A stretch of DNA of 64,000 nt from an uncultured Actinomycetes bacterium (GCA_963731055.1 CAVSUD010000009.1:196428-260427); one strand, 5' to 3'; positions 21,848 to 33,228 are shown, counted from the stretch's first letter. Notes: generated by a model not told the origin, from the sequence alone. A program made the numbers and translations.

Positions 21848-22203
21848 GTGACCGAGCGCGGCGTCGCTCGCTCGGCGTCGGCCGGCGAGGACGTGGCGGC
21901 GGCCTGGTACGTGGGACACGGCTACGAGATCGTCGCCCGCAACTGGCGGTGCCGGGACGGCGAGCTCGACCTGATCGTGCGGGCCGGCCGCACCGTACGT
22001 GTTCTGCGAGGTGAAGACCCGCCGGTCGAACGCCTTCGGCACGCCGGCCGAGGCCGTGACCCGGGCCAAGCAGATGCGCATCCGCCGGCTCGCGGCGCGG
22101 TGGCTGGAGGAGGGTGCGCCGGGACCGGCCGAGGACATCCGCTTCGACGTCGCCGCCGTCACTCGGGCCGCGCGACATCGAGGTCCTCGAGGGCGCTTTC
22201 TAG
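21848..22203 (+). CDS. yraN: UPF0102 (YraN-family) endonuclease-like protein (frameshifted)
   Basis: GEDVAAAWYVGHGYEIVARNWRCRDGELDLIV, then FCEVKTRRSNAFGTPAEAVTRAKQMRIRRLAARWL..IRFDVAAV (ORFs 21848.., 21999..). Confidence 0.75.
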
Positions 22204-23244
22204 TGCCGCTCGATCCCTCCACCGTCGCCGTCACCGCCGGGCGGGGCAGCACCGCTCCCGGCAGCGCCGGTGAACGTGCCCGTCGAGCTGTCCTCGACCT
22301 ATCGGGCCGGCGGCGACGTGATCTACGGGCGGGAGTCCAACCCGGGATGGGTGGCCTTCGAAGAGGCCGTCGGCGCGCTCGAAGGCGGGCCGGCGGTGTG
22401 CTTCTCGTCCGGCATGGCGACGGTGGCCGCCGTCGCAGCGCTCGTCCCGCCCGGCGGGGTCGTGGTGGTGCCGGAGATCGCCTACAAGGGCGCCCGCAGC
22501 CTGTTCGCGGAGCTGGCCGGGCTGGGGCGGATCGAGCTGCGCCTGGTCGACATCACCGACACGGGGGCGGTGCTGGCCGCGTGCGACGGTGCCGATCTGC
22601 TCTGGGCCGAGTCGCCCACCAACCCGGTCCTCGGCGTGGCCGACCTGGCCGCCTTCGCCGGCGCCGCGCCGATCGTGGCCGTCGACAACACCTTCGCCTC
22701 ACCGCTCCTGCAACAGCCGCTGGCGCTCGGTGCCGATCTCTCGATGCACAGCGCCACGAAGCTGCTGGCGGGTCACTCCGACGTCATCCTCGGCGTGGTG
22801 GCCGCGGCGTCGGAGGAGCTGGCCGGGCGGCTGCGGGCCCACCGCACGCTGCACGGTGCGATCCCCGGTCCGATGGAGGTCTTCCTGGCCCTCCGGGGCC
22901 TTCGGACCTTGGCGGTGCGGGTCGAGCGGTCGGCGGCGACGGCGGCCGAGCTGGCCCGCCGGTTCGAGGCCGATGCCCGCGTCGAGCGTGTGCGCTACCC
23001 GGGCTTCGGGACGATGGTCGCGCCCGTCGTGCGGGGTGGCGCGGGCGCGGCCGACGCCGTGTGCGACCGGCTCCGCCTCGCCGTGCCGGCCACCAGCCTC
23101 GGCGGGGTCGAGACGCTGGTCGAGCGGCGGGGGAAGTACGCCGGCGAGGAGGCGACGCCACCCGGTCTGCTCCGCATCAGCGTCGGGCTCGAGCACGTCG
23201 AGGACCTGTGGGCCGACTTCGACCAGGCCCTCGGCGTCAGATGA
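22203..23244 (+). CDS. Cys/Met-metabolism PLP-dependent enzyme (cystathionine gamma-synthase/lyase family; 1 frameshift near 22265)
   Basis: GTG 22203 gives VPLDPSTVAVTAGRG.. (frame of ORF 21999..), joined to the intact ORF 22270..23244. That ORF has NVPVELSSTY, WAESPTNP, VDNTFASPLLQQPL, SMHSATKLLAGHSDV (PLP lysine) and LGGVETLVE. Confidence 0.75.
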
Positions 23245-23587
23245 CGGTGCCGACCTCGCCGTCGTCCATCACGACCGACTCACCGGCGGCCGCCCAGGCC
23301 TGCATGCCGCCGGTGAGGTTGGCGACGTCGTAGCCGGCCTGGCGCAGGAAGGTCGCGGCCCGCTCCGAGCGGCCGCCGGCGCGGCAGACGGCGACGATCG
23401 GCTGGTCCTTGGGGAGCGAGGCCTGCTCGGCCTCGATCCGACCGAGGGGCAGATGGGTCGCTGCGGGCGCGTGGCCGGCGGCCCATTCGTCGTCCTCGCG
23501 GACGTCGAGCAGGAACGCACCCGCTTCGATGCGCTCGGCCGCCTCCTGCGCCGTGATCTGCGGGGTGCCGGACTCGCTGGTGCTCAT
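23237..23587 (-). CDS. rhodanese-domain sulfurtransferase
   Basis: Intact 116-aa ORF. FLLDVREDDEWAAGHAPAATHLPL and active-site loop VCRAGGRSERA. Confidence 0.85.
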   Translation of the reverse strand: MSTSESGTPQITAQEAAERIEAGAFLLDVREDDEWAAGHAPAATHLPLGRIEAEQASLPKDQPIVAVCRAGGRSERAATFLRQAGYDVANLTGGMQAWAAAGESVVMDDGEVGTVI

Positions 23588-23626
23588 GCCGACGAGCCTA
23601 GGAGCGGTCTCGACCCCGGAGGACCG

Positions 23627-23842
23627 TCAGCCGACGCGTCCGGGCCGGCGCCGCTGGCGGAAGTCGAAGCAGGAGCGGTGCCAGTGCCGCCGCAGGTCGG
23701 GCGCGTCGAGCGGCACCACGACGAGGTGCCCGATGCCGATGCCGATGTCCTGGTTGCAACCCGGGCAGCGATAGACCTTGCGGGCCTCGTAGGGCTGGAC
23801 GCGGCGGACCTCGTGCCCGGCTACCTCGGGAACAGGACCCAC
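23627..23842 (-). CDS. small conserved actinobacterial Cys/His protein (putative zinc-binding)
   Basis: 71-aa ORF with YRCPGCNQDI...HLVVVP...RRHWHRSCF. I recall the same CPGC...HWH..C pattern in small Streptomyces and Mycobacterium hypothetical proteins. Function unknown. Confidence 0.5.
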   Translation of the reverse strand: MGPVPEVAGHEVRRVQPYEARKVYRCPGCNQDIGIGIGHLVVVPLDAPDLRRHWHRSCFDFRQRRRPGRVG

Positions 23843-23934
23843 AGCAACAGCAGCGCGACCACCACGAAGGCGGCGGCCACGAACACGTAGTCGGACGGTC
23901 GCCGCTTCTGCTGGCGGAACGGGTTCAGGCCCAT
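23821..23934 (-). CDS. possible 37-aa single-pass membrane peptide
   Basis: MGLNPFRQQKRRPSDYVFVAAAFVVVALLLLWVLFPR is the only plausible part of the long ORF 23821..24714(-); the rest is antisense to the hydratase gene. It overlaps the next gene by 22 nt. Weak call. Confidence 0.3.
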   Translation of the reverse strand: MGLNPFRQQKRRPSDYVFVAAAFVVVALLLLWVLFPR

Positions 23935-23952
23935 CTGGCTAGGTTCGCAGAG

Positions 23953-24724
23953 ATGGAGACCCTTCTCGTCGAGCGGGACGCCGGCGTCGTCACCGTCACC
24001 CTCGATCGTCCGGACAAGAAGAACGCGGCCAACGACACGATGTGGAACGAGCTCATCGAGGTCTTCACCGAGGTCGGCGACACCGACAGCGACCGCGTGC
24101 TGGTCGTCACCGGGGCCGGCGGGGCGTTCTGCAGCGGAGCCGATCTGAGCGCCGCGGACAGCCTCGCCCGCAACGGGCTGCGTCGGATGCGCCACATCGG
24201 GAGCGCCGCCCTCGCCCTCCACCAGCTGGCCAAGCCGACCATCGCCAAGGTCAACGGCGTCGCGGCCGGCGCCGGGTGCAACCTCGCCCTCGGGTGCGAT
24301 CTCGTCGTCGCCTCCGACACCGCCCGCTTCTCCGAGATCTTCGCCCGGCGAGGTCTCTCGCTCGACTTCGGCGGCTCGTGGTTGTTGCCCCGGCTCGTCG
24401 GGCTCCACAAGGCGAAGGAGCTGGCGTTCTTCGCCGAGGTGATCGACGCGGTCGAGGCCGAGCGGCTGGGGATCGTCGAATCGCGTCGTCCCGGCCGCCG
24501 AGCTGGACGGGTTCGTCGACGACTGGGCCCGCCGGCTGGCCGCCGGCCCGCCGTTGGCGCTGTCGATGACCAAGACGATGCTCAACAACGCGTTGATGGT
24601 GTCCATGGACCAGGCCCTCGAGGACGAGGCCCGTTCGCAGTCGGTGAACTTCGCCACCAAGGACTTCGGCGAGGCGATCGCGGCCTTCGTGGGCAAGCGG
24701 GACCCGGACTTCACGGGGAACTAG
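23953..24724 (+). CDS. enoyl-CoA hydratase/isomerase family protein (1 frameshift near 24480)
   Basis: VVTVTLDRPDKKNAAN, VLVVTGAGGAFCSGADL, AKVNGVAAGAGCNLALGCDLVVAS. The C-terminus NRVVPAAELDGFVDDWARRLAAGPPLALSMTK...FVGKRDPDFTGN is in the +1 frame. Confidence 0.85.
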
Positions 24725-25266
24725 CGGATCGTCCCGGTCGACCGCGATCGGGCCAGGTGCAGGAGCACGGCGGCCACCAACGCGATGGCACCGGCGCCGA
24801 CGGCCGCGACGACGAGATCGCGACCGAACGGCAGATCGGCCAAGGTCCCGAGGGCCAGCGCGGCGGCGTAGGCCACCACCACCGAGGCGCCCACGACGAG
24901 CCCACGCGGCGCGCCGCCCGGCACGACGGATCCGGCCGTCCGTAGCTCCGCGGCCCAGGTGATCAGCTCGGCGACGAGGAGGAGGCCGGCGGCCACAGCC
25001 GGCGTACGGGGGTCGAGGGCGGCGCCCCGGTCGTGAAGGGTCGCCACCAGCTCCGCGCCGAGGAGCGCGGCGGTCAGGGCCCCGGACGCCGGGAGCGCAG
25101 CGGTCACGCCGACGACCGCGGTCGCGACGGCGAGCGCGGCCAGGCCCTGCACGAGCGGGGCGAGGCGACCGGCGTCGAGCAACGGGACGACGGCGGTGGC
25201 CATCGCAGCCGCGACGGCACCGGCCCCGACGATCAGACGCGGACGTGCCGAGCGCGACGGCGCCAC
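24721..25266 (-). CDS. hypothetical polytopic membrane protein (last gene of the MoxR operon)
   Basis: Intact 181-aa Ala/Val/Leu-rich ORF with about 5 hydrophobic segments. Its start overlaps the DUF58 gene end. Confidence 0.5.
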   Translation of the reverse strand: MAPSRSARPRLIVGAGAVAAAMATAVVPLLDAGRLAPLVQGLAALAVATAVVGVTAALPASGALTAALLGAELVATLHDRGAALDPRTPAVAAGLLLVAELITWAAELRTAGSVVPGGAPRGLVVGASVVVAYAAALALGTLADLPFGRDLVVAAVGAGAIALVAAVLLHLARSRSTGTIR

Positions 25267-26454
25267 TGCTCCACCTCCTCGATGGCCAGGGGCAGCCCCG
25301 CCGGCGTGGTGGCCACGGCCACGGCGATGCCGAGGTGCTCGAGGCGAAGGCGTCGGGCGTCACGCTGGAGCGCGGCCAGCCGACGGCCGAGCCTCGGTCG
25401 CCGCCTCCAGGTGCGGCGCGGGGAGGGCGACGACCGCCACGTCGAAGCCCCGGGCTCGGAGGTCGAGCAGAGACTGGACGGCGGTGTCGTTGTCCAGGGG
25501 CGTGACGGCGAGGAGCAGCGCGCGGTGGCAGCGCGCCCAGCGGGATCCGCGTGACGCCGGCCCACGACGAGGTCACCAGCACCTCGGTGTCGAGGAGTCC
25601 TTCGACGACCCGGAGGAGGGCCCGTTGCCCCAGGCCGGGGGCGACCCAGCGCAGCTGCCCGCCGAAGGTGAGGAACCCGATCCGATCCCGTTGGGCGTGA
25701 GAAGCGGCGGCGACCGCGGCGAGGGCCCGCACCGACCGGTCGAGCGTGGCGGCCCGGTCGTGGCCGGACTCGCCGAACGTGTCGAGGAGCAGGACGACGT
25801 CGGCGCTGCGCTCCGGCCGGCGGTCGTTCACGAACAGCTCGCCGGGCGGACGGCGGGCCGACACCCGCCAGTTGACGGCACGGGCGCGGTCGCCGGCGGT
25901 GAAGGGACGGACGTCGGCGAACTCGATCCCATCGCCCCGGGCGCGGCTGGTGTGGTTCCCCACCCGACGCTGCAGCTCGGCCGCCGCCACGGCCCGACGA
26001 AGGGCCTGCGGTGACGGGTGGACGCGCAGCAGGAGGCGGGTGTCGTGAAGGGTCTCGCGCACGAAGAGGCGGAGCGGGTCGGCAGTGCGGACTCCGACCC
26101 GTCCGACGCGGAAGGCGCCCCAGCGCCGCGTCGTGACCGTGAGGCGGATGCCGCCTGCGAACGGCTCGGAGCCGGCGAGAGCCAGACCTCCGGGTAGCGG
26201 CACGCAGACCTCCGCGCCCGCCGGGGCGGTCACGTCGATGGTCGCCTCCTCGCCCTCGACGATGCGATCGGCGACGAGGGCGACGGAGGGTTCACCCGGC
26301 GCCGCGCCGCGCCAGGCCAGTCCGACCACCAGGAAGAGGCCGAAGGGGGCGGCGAGGAGGGCCGGCTCCGGGCGACCGAGCACGAGCGCGGCGACGAGGC
26401 CGATGATCGTGAGCGTGGCGTAGGCCCCGACCCGAGCGGTCGGCCAGGTGGTGG

Positions 26455-26458
<4 letters not shown>
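25233..26458 (-). CDS. DUF58 domain protein (vWA-like; >=2 frameshifts as assembled)
   Basis: Within ORF 24251..26890(-): MTTTWPTARVGAYATLTIIGLVAAL.. (2 TM) and GDGIEFADVRPFTAGDRARAVNWRVSARRPPGELFVNDRRPERSADVVLLLDTFG. The C-terminus is in ORF 25233..25565(-). ATG 26458 overlaps the moxR stop. Confidence 0.75.
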
Positions 26459-27452
<994 letters not shown>

Positions 27453-27456
<4 letters not shown>

Positions 27457-27983
27457 AGGGCCTCCACGGCGGCCAGCACGGCAGCCAGGGTCTCAGGGGT
27501 CGGACCGGCGGCGCGCCGGTCGCTCGGTCGGGGGCGGTCCGGTCGGAGGTGCGACCAGGCCGGCTCGCCGAGGAGCTCGGCGGCGCGCGGGTCGTCGATC
27601 GTCCGCCCGTGGCGCGCCTGCAGCCGCTCGCCGGCGGCGTCCCGCAGTTGCGGTCGGAGCCGGAAGTGGAAGGCGCCGTCGGTCTCGGTGGCGCTTCGCA
27701 TCAGGTGGTCGAGCGCCGTCGTGGGCCCGCGATCACGGGGCCCCGCCCGCCGCCGGAGGAACGGGACGGGGGGAAGTCGGCGGCGCCGGTGGAAGGGCGA
27801 GTCGGGGGGCGGGGCCTCCGACGTGGTCGTGAAGCGAAGCACGGCGCGGAGGGCGAGGAGGCCGAGGAGCATGACGTAGGCCCGGAAACCCAGGACCCGT
27901 CGCCGATCCTCGAGCAACAGCAGCGGCACCATCGCCGCGGTGAGCGCGACCACGACGACGATCGTGCTCCGGACGGTCCTCAC
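27453..27983 (-). CDS. hypothetical membrane protein (MoxR operon)
   Basis: GTG 27983 (4-nt overlap with the upstream gene) to stop 27453 (4-nt overlap with moxR). Two N-terminal TM helices (STIVVVVALTAAMVPLLLL, AYVMLLGLLALRAVL). No family recognised. Confidence 0.5.
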
Positions 27984-28909
27984 GGTGTCCTGGCGGCGGC
28001 ACCCGACGCGACCGTCGCCCGCAGGACATGGCCGAGCGCTGCGACCACCTGCGTCCGCTCCTCCTCGGTCGTCGGGCGATGGCCGAAGCGGGCCCGCTCG
28101 TAGGCGAGGGTGAGGGCCGCCGAACTCTCGACGAACGCGACGGATCCGCGGTGGACGGCCCGGATCTGTCGGAGCCACTCGTGCGGGGTCGCGGCCGAGG
28201 GGCGCGCGGCCGGGGTCGAGGCCAGGCTCCGCTCGAAGAGGGCGTACGCCAGCTGCACGGCCCGCCGGGGGTCGGGTTCGGTGGTCACGAGGGCCAACGC
28301 GGCGTCGGCGTCGTCGACCGGCACCGACTGCAAGAGCTCGGCCACCGCTCGTTCGTGTTCCCCGGTCGGATCGTCGGCGGCGGCGCTCGCCTCGTCGTCG
28401 GCGGCCGCCGACGTGCGCCTGCGGTTCCGGAGCCGCACGGTCCAGACGGCCAGCCCCGCGAGGGCGACGGTGGCGACGGCCAGGGAGGCCGTCGGCGAGG
28501 CCCGAGGCAGGCGCGACGGCTGGTCGGCCGGGGCGTCCCGGTCGGTGACCGAAGCGGCGGTCGGGGGCGGCTTCGACCCGTCGCGCGCCGGCTCGCGCCT
28601 CGAGGCGAGCACGGACATGCCGACCAGGAGGGCGGCGACCACGAGGTAGGGGATCCACTGCTGCTTCGGGGTCGGGCGCGGCGACGGCCGTCCGTCGGGC
28701 CACAGGGCCCAGGCGGCGAGGGCGCCACAGGCGATGAGGGCGACGGCCACCACGGCCAGGCCGATCGTCCTCGCCGTCGACGCCGTCTCGAAGGAGGCCG
28801 CCGTCGCGCCGGAGCTCCCGCGGCTGGCGACCACCACGGCGCCGAGCGCCACCGTCACCCCGGCCACCGCGGCCACGGCGCCTCGACGGGAGGAGGCGCC
28901 GGCCGGCAT
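27980..28909 (-). CDS. DUF4129-like membrane protein (first gene of the MoxR operon)
   Basis: Intact 309-aa ORF with several TM helices. C-terminal TPHEWLRQI...LTLAYERARFGHRP resembles the DUF4129 signature that accompanies MoxR/DUF58 clusters. Confidence 0.5.
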   Translation of the reverse strand: MPAGASSRRGAVAAVAGVTVALGAVVVASRGSSGATAASFETASTARTIGLAVVAVALIACGALAAWALWPDGRPSPRPTPKQQWIPYLVVAALLVGMSVLASRREPARDGSKPPPTAASVTDRDAPADQPSRLPRASPTASLAVATVALAGLAVWTVRLRNRRRTSAAADDEASAAADDPTGEHERAVAELLQSVPVDDADAALALVTTEPDPRRAVQLAYALFERSLASTPAARPSAATPHEWLRQIRAVHRGSVAFVESSAALTLAYERARFGHRPTTEEERTQVVAALGHVLRATVASGAAARTP

Positions 28910-29051
28910 CCGTCATTCCTAGCAACGGCGAGGGACCCGTTGTTCGTGTCGCACCCCACGGCTACGGTTCGACCGACGCCTCGAGCGGCCGGCCCGGCCC
29001 CTCCTCCGCCCACCCCGCCGTGGGGTTCCACCGGAGCACGAGGAGCGCGAC

Positions 29052-30575
29052 GTGATCGCCATCATCCCTGCCGCGACGCTGCTCGGCGTCGACGGGCAGC
29101 CCATCACCGTCGAGGTGCACGTGTCGAACGGGCTCCCCGCGTTCACGGTCGTCGGCCTACCCGACGCATCGTGCCGGGAGTCGCGCGATCGGGTCCGAGC
29201 CGCGTTGCTCTCGAGCGGGCTGGTGTGGCCGATGAAGAAGGTGACGGTCAACCTGGCGCCCTCGGCCGTGCGTAAGGGCGGGGCCGGCCTCGACCTCCCC
29301 ATCGCCATCGCCCTCCTCGTCGCCAGTGGGGCGCTCGAGCCGGAGGCCGTCGCCGGCATGGCCTTCCTCGGCGAGCTCGGGCTCGACGGCTCCCTCCGCC
29401 GCGTCGCAGGGATCGTGCCGATGGTCGACGCCCTCGATGCCCCCGTCGTGGTCGTTCCCTCCGCTGGCGCCGTCGAGGCCGCGCTCGTGGGGCGCCATGT
29501 CGTTCGCTGCGCCCCCGATCTCGGCGCACTCGTGGCCGCCCTCCGGGGGGACGAGCCGTGGCCGGTGCCTCCCGATCGCTTGGAGGGGCCGGCGGCGGAT
29601 GGCGCCCTGACCGGTCCGGCGCCCGACCTCGCCGACGTGCGAGGTCAGCGCCTCGGCCGATGGGCGTTGGAGATCGCCGCCGCCGGGGGGCACCACCTCT
29701 TGCTGATCGGCCCCCCGGGATCGGGGAAGACGATGCTGGCGCGGCGGCTGCCGGGGCTACTGCCGCCGTTGGCCCGCAACGAGGCGCTGGCCACGACCCG
29801 GATCCACTCGGCCGCCGGGCTCGCCCTGCCGCCAGGTGGGCTCGTCGAGGAGCCGCCGTTCCGGGCGCCGCACCACAACGCCTCGATGGTGTCGCTCATC
29901 GGTGGCGGCTCCGGGCTGATGCGCCCCGGCGAGATCTCCTGCGCCCACAACGGCGTGCTGTTCATCGACGAGCTGGGGGAGATGGCGGCGACGACCCTCG
30001 ACTCGCTGCGCCAGCCGCTGGAGGAGGGGTACGTGCGGGTGGCCCGGGCCCGCGCCACCGTCGAGTACCCCGCTCGGTTCCTCTTCGTCGCCGCCATGAA
30101 CCCCTGCCCGTGCGGGGAAGGTGGCCCGCCGGGCTCGTGCCGCTGCTCGGAGGTCGCACGCTTCCGCTACGGCCGGCGGCTGTCGGGACCACTCCTCGAT
30201 CGCTTCGACCTCCGCCTGGCCGTCGACCGCCCCGATGTCAGCGATCTGCTGGGCGGCACCCCCGGCGAGGCGTCGGCCGTCGTCGCCGGTCGGGTGGCGG
30301 CGGCTCGGGAGCGGGCGACCTCCCGCGGCGTGCGCTGCAACGCGGAGCTTCCCGGCCCCGGTCTCGAGGCGGTGGTGCGACTCCAGCCCCCAGCGGCTCG
30401 GGTGCTGGAGTACAAGTTGCGAGTCGGCGCCCTCAGCGCCCGCGGGCTCCACCGAATCGAGCGGGTGGCCCGCACGATGGCCGACCTCGCCGACGCACCG
30501 GACGTCACCGAGGAGCACGTGTGCTCGGCCCTCGAGCTGCGCAGCGATCTCGAGGCGCTGGAGGGGGTCGCATGA
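29052..30575 (+). CDS. yifB: YifB/ComM-family Mg-chelatase-like AAA+ ATPase
   Basis: Intact 507-aa ORF. Lon-like N-domain (TVEVHVSNGLPAFTVVGLPDASCRESRDRV), Walker A LLIGPPGSGKTM, and VLFIDELGEM. Confidence 0.9.
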   Translation: MIAIIPAATLLGVDGQPITVEVHVSNGLPAFTVVGLPDASCRESRDRVRAALLSSGLVWPMKKVTVNLAPSAVRKGGAGLDLPIAIALLVASGALEPEAVAGMAFLGELGLDGSLRRVAGIVPMVDALDAPVVVVPSAGAVEAALVGRHVVRCAPDLGALVAALRGDEPWPVPPDRLEGPAADGALTGPAPDLADVRGQRLGRWALEIAAAGGHHLLLIGPPGSGKTMLARRLPGLLPPLARNEALATTRIHSAAGLALPPGGLVEEPPFRAPHHNASMVSLIGGGSGLMRPGEISCAHNGVLFIDELGEMAATTLDSLRQPLEEGYVRVARARATVEYPARFLFVAAMNPCPCGEGGPPGSCRCSEVARFRYGRRLSGPLLDRFDLRLAVDRPDVSDLLGGTPGEASAVVAGRVAAARERATSRGVRCNAELPGPGLEAVVRLQPPAARVLEYKLRVGALSARGLHRIERVARTMADLADAPDVTEEHVCSALELRSDLEALEGVA

Positions 30576-31793
30576 GCCCGGGGGCCGGGGGAAGCGCGCT
30601 CGCCTGTGCCGCCGCCCTTTCGCAGCTGCCCGGGTGTGGACGCGCCCGCCTCCACGCCGTGCTGGAGGTGGCCGGTGGCGACCCGGTGCGCGGCCTGGAG
30701 TGCTGTCTCTGGCGCGGGTGCAACCCTCGACCTCGACCTCGACCTTCGATCGAGGCTCGGACCTGGGGGTGGTGAGCTCATGGAGCAGTGGCGGCGGGCC
30801 GCCGGCCGTGTCGACCTCCCCGCCATCGACCGTCGGGCCGCCGAGGTCGGCGCGTCCCTGTGGCTCCGAGGCGATCCCCGATACCCCGAGGCGCTCGTGG
30901 AGGATCCCGACCCCCCGGCCGTGCTCTTCGCCGCCGGGGACGCCGGTGCGTTGCGGACGTCCACCGGCGACCGGCGTCCTGCGGTGGCCGTCGTCGGCAC
31001 CCGCCGGTGCACCTCCTACGGCCTCGACGTGGCCCGGGAGCTCGGCCGCGACCTCGCCGCGGCCGGCGTGGCCGTGGTCTCGGGCCTCGCGTTGGGCATC
31101 GACGGCGCGGCCCACGAGGGCGCGCTGGCGGCGGGAAGGGAGGCGGCGCCGGTGGGGGTCGTCGGGAGCGGGCTCGACGTCGTCTACCCGGCCCGGCACC
31201 GGTCGCTGTGGCGGCGGGTGGCGGAGGCCGGCCTGTTGCTGTCCGAGGCACCTCCGGGGGCGGAGCCGGAGCCGTGGCGCTTCCCCCGGCGAAACCGCAT
31301 CCTGGCCGGGCTGGCCGACGTGGTCGTGGTCGTGGAGTCCCACGCCTCGGGCGGCTCGCTCTCGACCGTCCGCGCCGCCATCGACCGGGGGGTGCAGGTG
31401 ATGGCCGTCCCCGGATCGGTCCGTAGCCCCTCCTCGTCGGGCACCAACCGCCTGCTGGCCGACGGCGTGGCCCCGGTGACGGAGGTGGGGGACGTGCTCG
31501 TGGCACTGTCGCTCGAGGGGGCGGTGCCGGCGCTCGAGGGGGCGGTGCCGGGCCGACACCGGTCCGACGGCGGGGCGGTAGCGGGGGAGGCCGACCCGCT
31601 CCTCGAGGCCGTCGACTGGACGCCGACGGCGACCGAGGAGGTGCTCCGGCGCACGGGCCTGTCCGTCGGCGAGGCGGCGACGGCCCTGACGAGGCTGGAG
31701 GTCCGGGGCCTGGTCCGGCGGCGCAACGGGTGGTGGGAACGGGTGGTGCCGCCTGCTGCGCCCACGGACCGGGGTTACACTGCCACCACGTAG
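30572..31793 (+). CDS. dprA: DNA-processing protein DprA (about 2 frameshifts near 30630-30700)
   Basis: N-terminus MSPGAGGSALACAAALSQLPG.. (frame of ORF 29558..). The body is in ORF 30606..31793: AVVGTRRCTSYGLDVARELGRDLAAAGVAVVSGLALGIDGAAHEGAL, VVGSGLDVVYPARH, FPRRNRILAGLADVVVVVES..GGSLSTV. Confidence 0.85.
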
Positions 31794-31838
31794 GCGGCTC
31801 CCGGCGGCGAGGGGTCGCCGAGGGCGCGAAGGGACCCC

Positions 31839-32620
31839 GTGGATCAGGACGACACCGACGCAATCCAACAGCTGTGGGTGGAGTACAAGGCCACCGGCTC
31901 GCGGGACGCGCGTGACCGCCTGATCGTCCACTACTCGCCGTTGGTCAAGTACGTCGCCGGCCGCGTGTCCGTCGGGCTGCCGCAGAACATCGAGCAGGCC
32001 GACCTGGTGAGCTACGGCGTCTTCGGGCTCATCGACGCCATCGACAAGTTCGATCTCGAGCGCCAGATCAAGTTCGAGACCTACGCCATCGCCCGCATCA
32101 AGGGCGCCATCATCGACGAGCTCCGCAGCATCGACTGGGTGCCCCGCTCGGTGCGGGCCAAGGCCCGTTCGGTCGAGAAGGCCTACTCCACCCTCGAGGC
32201 CAGCCTCCTGCGGACACCCACCGACGCCGAGATCGCCCACGAGATGGGCATCAGCGAGGGCGACCTCCAGACGATCTTCAACCAGATCTCCTTCGTCGGT
32301 CTCGTGGCCCTCGACGAGATGCTCTCGGGGGGGAGCGCGGCGAGTCCTCGACCCTCGGCGACACCATCCCGGACAAGGGCGAGGGACCGGTGGCGGCCTA
32401 CGAGGTCGAGGAGATGAAGCAGATCCTCGCCGGCGCCATCAGCCGCCTCGGCGACCGGGAGAAACTGGTCCTGATGCTCTATTACTACGAAGGCCTGACC
32501 CTCGCCGAGATCGGCGAGGTGCTCGGGGTCACCGAGAGCCGGGTGTGCCAGATCCACACCAAGGCCGTGATCCAGCTGCGGTCCCGCATGGCCGAGCCCG
32601 AGCGGGAGACGGCGAGCTAG
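31839..32620 (+). CDS. whiG: WhiG/FliA-family (sigma-28 type) RNA polymerase sigma factor (1 frameshift near 32340)
   Basis: [79 protein letters not shown] closely follows the Streptomyces WhiG sequence as I recall it. Region 4, [33 protein letters not shown], is in ORF 32390..32620. Confidence 0.85.
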
Positions 32621-33217
32621 ATGGCGAACGGCCCGCGCCGCAACGACCCGCAGCCGGGGTCGTCGCCCCAGGAGCGCATGGACAACGATCGACGAGAAGC
32701 ACGAGACGGAGGAGACCCGACGATGACGGCGGCGACCGGGCCTGGGCCCAAGGAGCGGGGCAAGCCCCGGGAGACCGAGACCGCGACCGACGCGGGCCCC
32801 GGACGAACCTCACGGGCGGCCCCGCCGCTGGGTGCCATCATCGCTTCGCTCCTGGTCGGCCTCCTCCTCGGCGCCGCCGGAGCGACCTTCCTGGCCAACC
32901 AGGACAGCAGCCCGTTCGCGGGCGTGATCGATTCCGGCCGCTACCAAGCCGTGATCCTCAGCAACGACAAGGTGTACTTCGGCAAGCTCGACCGGGTCAG
33001 CGACGACTACTACCGCCTCGACCAGGCCTTCTTCCTCCGGGAGACGCGCGAGAACGCCGACGCCGAGCCCGTCCGGGCGCTGCTGCCCGTCAACCGCGAG
33101 ATCCACGCGCCGGACAACACCATGTTGATCCGTGACGACGAGGTCGTGCTCGTGGAGAACCTCGCCAAGGACTCGCCGATCCTCAGCGAGATCCGGCGCC
33201 AGCTCGGCGGCAAATAG
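32621..33217 (+). CDS. hypothetical single-pass membrane protein, translationally abutted to whiG
   Basis: Intact 198-aa ORF. Its ATG immediately follows the whiG TAG. It has a charged, disordered N-terminal ~65 aa, one TM helix (LGAIIASLLVGLLLGAAGATFL) and a ~110-aa C-terminal domain (YQAVILSNDKVYFGKLD..YYRLDQAFFL). Confidence 0.6.
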   Translation: MANGPRRNDPQPGSSPQERMDNDRREARDGGDPTMTAATGPGPKERGKPRETETATDAGPGRTSRAAPPLGAIIASLLVGLLLGAAGATFLANQDSSPFAGVIDSGRYQAVILSNDKVYFGKLDRVSDDYYRLDQAFFLRETRENADAEPVRALLPVNREIHAPDNTMLIRDDEVVLVENLAKDSPILSEIRRQLGGK

Positions 33218-33228
33218 TCCTGAAAACG

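Noticed and set aside
31512-31553. Perfect 21-bp tandem duplication in dprA (LEGAVPA-LEGAVPG).
   Set aside because: It is an in-frame duplication within the linker between DprA domains. It is probably neutral slippage or an assembly duplication, and no functional inference is warranted.
29757-32240. 827-aa ORF on the minus strand.
   Set aside because: The translation is Arg/Pro/Gly/Ala-rich and low in complexity. It lies antisense to yifB, dprA and whiG, which all have clear family signatures. This is the usual stop-codon-poor shadow ORF of high-GC DNA.
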